Assembly (NCBI GenBank): GCA_964187785.1
Contig: OZ076409.1
Span: 27,900,001-27,964,000, forward strand
Length of the DNA: 64,000 nt
Direction of reading: 5' to 3'
Source of the DNA: Amphiscolops sp. MND2022
Taxonomy: Eukaryota
Shown here piece after piece: positions 63,277 through 64,000 of the stretch (the first letter of the stretch is position 1; the number at the start of each line of letters is the position of its first letter). A program made the translations under genes and the position numbers. The notes under the pieces are model-generated. The model was not told where the DNA came from and made no database searches. It saw nothing but the letters and a program-made list of their open reading frames with translations.

Positions 63277-64000
63277 CATAATTGCTTGGGTTTGAAGTTT
63301 TTTAAATTTATGTGATCAGAAGAAAGTATTTTCTGATCAACTAATTTGATTTTTTGCTATCAAGCAAACCATCTATGGAATACTACAGGGTCCCTTGGTA
63401 CATTTAGAGGGCATTATGAGTTCATTTTAATGTCCGAAGAAAAACAAGTAGCCTTCTCAGACATTTGAAACTTCTGTGCTTTTTCATTTCCGAGCGGCTC
63501 CTCTACTGTTTCTACATTTTTGCAAAGAAAACTTTTTATTCAATCATGAAGCTTTTGGAAGGAATCGCGATAAAAGCGTTCAATGGGAAGGGCTTTGTAC
63601 CGGAGATTTGATGATGAATTATTGTTGCGGTTGGTTCAAACGCCATTAGCGCTTGACAAATTTTCATAGTATGTAGAATATGACTTCGCCTTGCTCGTTA
63701 ATTTTTGATAGAATTGCTTTGCGGTTTTGTGACGGTTTGGACCATTTATAATTAAAAGGAGTTCTAACGTAAAGAGGAGCAATTTATTTTTTGTTTACTT
63801 TTTCATGTTGAAAGAACTGGCGGTGTGTTTTATGAGAAAGTTTTATCGAGAACGATTTTGTCGATTGATCAAAAATATCGGGAGGCAAAAGATGAATGAT
63901 GTAGAGTGAGCTAATATGAAGAGATAACCTGGCCTCCTACGTCATCATAGTACTCGTGTGGGGTATGTTTTTAAAATTAAAATTATAGCAATCCATTGGT

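Noticed and set aside
63400-64000. Minus-strand coding-like remnant (KALPIERFYRDSFQKLHD*...)
   Set aside because: Multiple stops and no motif I can assign to a family.

Overview
Eukaryotic (probably invertebrate animal), AT-rich, repeat-saturated DNA. I found no intact host gene, rRNA, tRNA or CRISPR array. Left to right: (1) a minus-strand Ty3/Gypsy element spanning <1-13755, with a 4.1-kb internal tandem duplication, a dUTPase-like segment and divergent accessory ORFs before its 3' LTR; (2) an 810-bp MITE and a decayed Gypsy pol remnant; (3) a ~22-kb fold-back inverted duplication (~17385-39655, centre 30771-30787) carrying two head-to-head copies of one dead BEL/Pao element, whose left arm also holds a 383-bp near-perfect hairpin and a 3 x 1224-bp triplication; (4) a cysteine-rich env-like glycoprotein remnant; (5) a strand-skewed Gypsy-like element with a 3 x 1.34-kb gag/protease triplication and a Helentron-like insertion; (6) a nearly intact Mag-like Gypsy element (54626-60502); (7) an SGNH-hydrolase remnant and another Helentron-like repeat. 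Outside the inverted arm, every recognisable coding remnant is on the minus strand. Together with the fold-back structures, this suggests (inference only) a TE-trap or small-RNA source locus. Identities quoted are manual estimates from sampled alignments.
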